From NCBI GenBank assembly GCA_016211165.1, contig JACQSU010000086.1, positions 1-35,587 on the forward strand: a DNA stretch of 35,587 nucleotides. The letters run 5' to 3'. Positions 34,687-35,587 of this stretch are shown in pieces. The translations under genes were made by a program, and so were the position numbers. The stretch comes from Candidatus Woesearchaeota archaeon. GTDB lineage: Archaea > Nanobdellota > Nanobdellia > Woesearchaeales > JAGWAF01. How positions within the stretch are numbered: position 1 is the first letter of the stretch; every line of letters starts with the position of its first letter. Below the pieces are notes generated by a model. The model worked only from the letters and a program-made list of their open reading frames with translations. It was not told the DNA's origin and did no database searches.

Positions 34687-34693
34687 TATATAA
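34687..34693 (-). promoter_or_regulatory. TATA box for the AbrB-PhoU gene
   Basis: Minus-strand TTATATA ~23 nt before ATG 34664. Confidence 0.5.
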
Positions 34694-34798
34694 TAATGCC
34701 GAAACTATATACCTATAAGGCAATGTATAAGGTCTAAGGGAAAGGAACAAGCTACTGCTTCACTAAAAGATTTCCACAACCCCTGGAGGTGTTTTCAC

Positions 34799-35296
34799 AT
34801 GAACAACAAAGACCTGGTGATCCTGTGCAATCTTCGATCTGACAGCAGAATGCAACTAACACAGATGAGCAAACGGACTGGCATCCCTGTCTCAACGCTG
34901 CATGAACGCATCGCACGACAAGACTACATCAAACGCTTCACGATCGTCGCTGACTTTGCACGGTTTGGCTTTGACACCAAAGTCCACGCACTTCTATGCG
35001 TTAAGCAAGAAGACAAGGACGCTGTCAAAGAGCATTTGCTCAACTCGCCATATGTCAACACACTCTGTCGAATCAACAATGGCTACGACTACCTTCTTGA
35101 AGCATACTTTTGCAACCTAGCCCAAGTCGAAGCATTCTTTGAACACCTTGAGAAAAACTACAAAATCCGATCAAAAGTCATACACTACATCCTTGAGGAG
35201 ATCGCCCAAGAAGCATTTCTCTCACGACCAAGCCACGCAGACTGGGCAAGCGGACGAGGATCAGGACACAACGTGAAATGGATACAGATGGATTAA
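34799..35296 (+). CDS. Lrp/AsnC family transcriptional regulator
   Basis: 'KDLVILCNLRSDSRMQLTQMSKRTGIPVSTLHERI' HTH; 'RINNGYDYL'; GGAGG RBS upstream. Confidence 0.88.
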   Translation: MNNKDLVILCNLRSDSRMQLTQMSKRTGIPVSTLHERIARQDYIKRFTIVADFARFGFDTKVHALLCVKQEDKDAVKEHLLNSPYVNTLCRINNGYDYLLEAYFCNLAQVEAFFEHLEKNYKIRSKVIHYILEEIAQEAFLSRPSHADWASGRGSGHNVKWIQMD

Positions 35297-35301
35297 TGTT
35301 G

Positions 35302-35327
35302 AAAAGGGAACCGCAGCCCCCTTTTTT
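35302..35327 (+). terminator. Family-2 palindrome with T-tract just after the Lrp stop; possible terminator
   Basis: AAAAGGGAACCGCAGCCCCCTTTTTT starting 6 nt after the stop at 35296. Confidence 0.45.
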
Positions 35328-35443
35328 CATCAAGACCTGCCCGGGCAAGTGCTTTGATTGCAGTTCGCAGCTGCGCTGAATCAAGGAGCACTATCATGGC
35401 GGCCGACGCAATGCTTAAATATCTGTACAGGGCGGGATATGCT

Positions 35444-35587
35444 ATGAAACGCAAAGGACAGGAACTGTCAGTGACAGTCATTGTTGTGGCGGCTATCGCA
35501 CTCATTGTCCTTGTGGTCCTTGTTGCAATCTTCACCGGACGCCTTGGCAAATTTGGCATTGGCGTGAGCAAAGTTGAGAGCAATACC
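35444..35587 (+). CDS. Pilin (class III signal peptide), runs off the window end; not in the supplied ORF track
   Basis: Hand translation: MKRKG|QELSVTVIVVAAIALIVLVVLVAIFTGRLGKFGIGVSKVESNT; TTAAATA at 35415-35421. Confidence 0.8.
   Translation, partial: MKRKGQELSVTVIVVAAIALIVLVVLVAIFTGRLGKFGIGVSKVESNT

Noticed and set aside
34110-34718. 202-aa plus-strand ORF
   Set aside because: Antisense to the well-supported AbrB-PhoU gene, with no motifs of its own.

Overview
Archaeal genomic window, most likely a DPANN/Woesearchaeota-type organism. This is inferred from RNase P subunit Rpp30, an AbrB-PhoU regulator, TATA boxes about 22-30 nt before start codons, and many class III signal peptides. Layout: (1) 62-2471, tRNA-processing genes (ThiI/THUMP protein with an eroded PP-loop, TtuA-like thiolase, Rpp30). 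(2) 2493-9641, two convergent operons forming an unusual His-Xaa-Ser (Hxs)-type peptide-modification cluster. It has HxsD, a small HxsD-like protein, radical SAM HxsB, an A24 prepilin peptidase, SAM decarboxylase, a Cys/His-rich exported precursor peptide, a Cys-repeat membrane protein, a phenylacetate-CoA-ligase-like enzyme, and a fusion of a degenerate HxsC-like radical SAM domain with a BpsA-type aminopropyltransferase. This is the best candidate for an undescribed system. (3) 9791-30888, a ~21 kb surface/type IV pilus locus with a duplicated pair of large proteins, a 57-aa six-Cys module shared by two otherwise unrelated surface proteins, a 1949-aa membrane-anchored adhesin-like protein and several pilin-like genes. 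(4) 30966-35587, a membrane protein with a kinase-like C-terminus, two regulators and a partial pilin gene. Two families of short palindromic elements recur, several translated inside gene 5' ends. No rRNA, tRNA, CRISPR array or transposase was recognised. All family calls come from motif recognition by eye; no searches were run.
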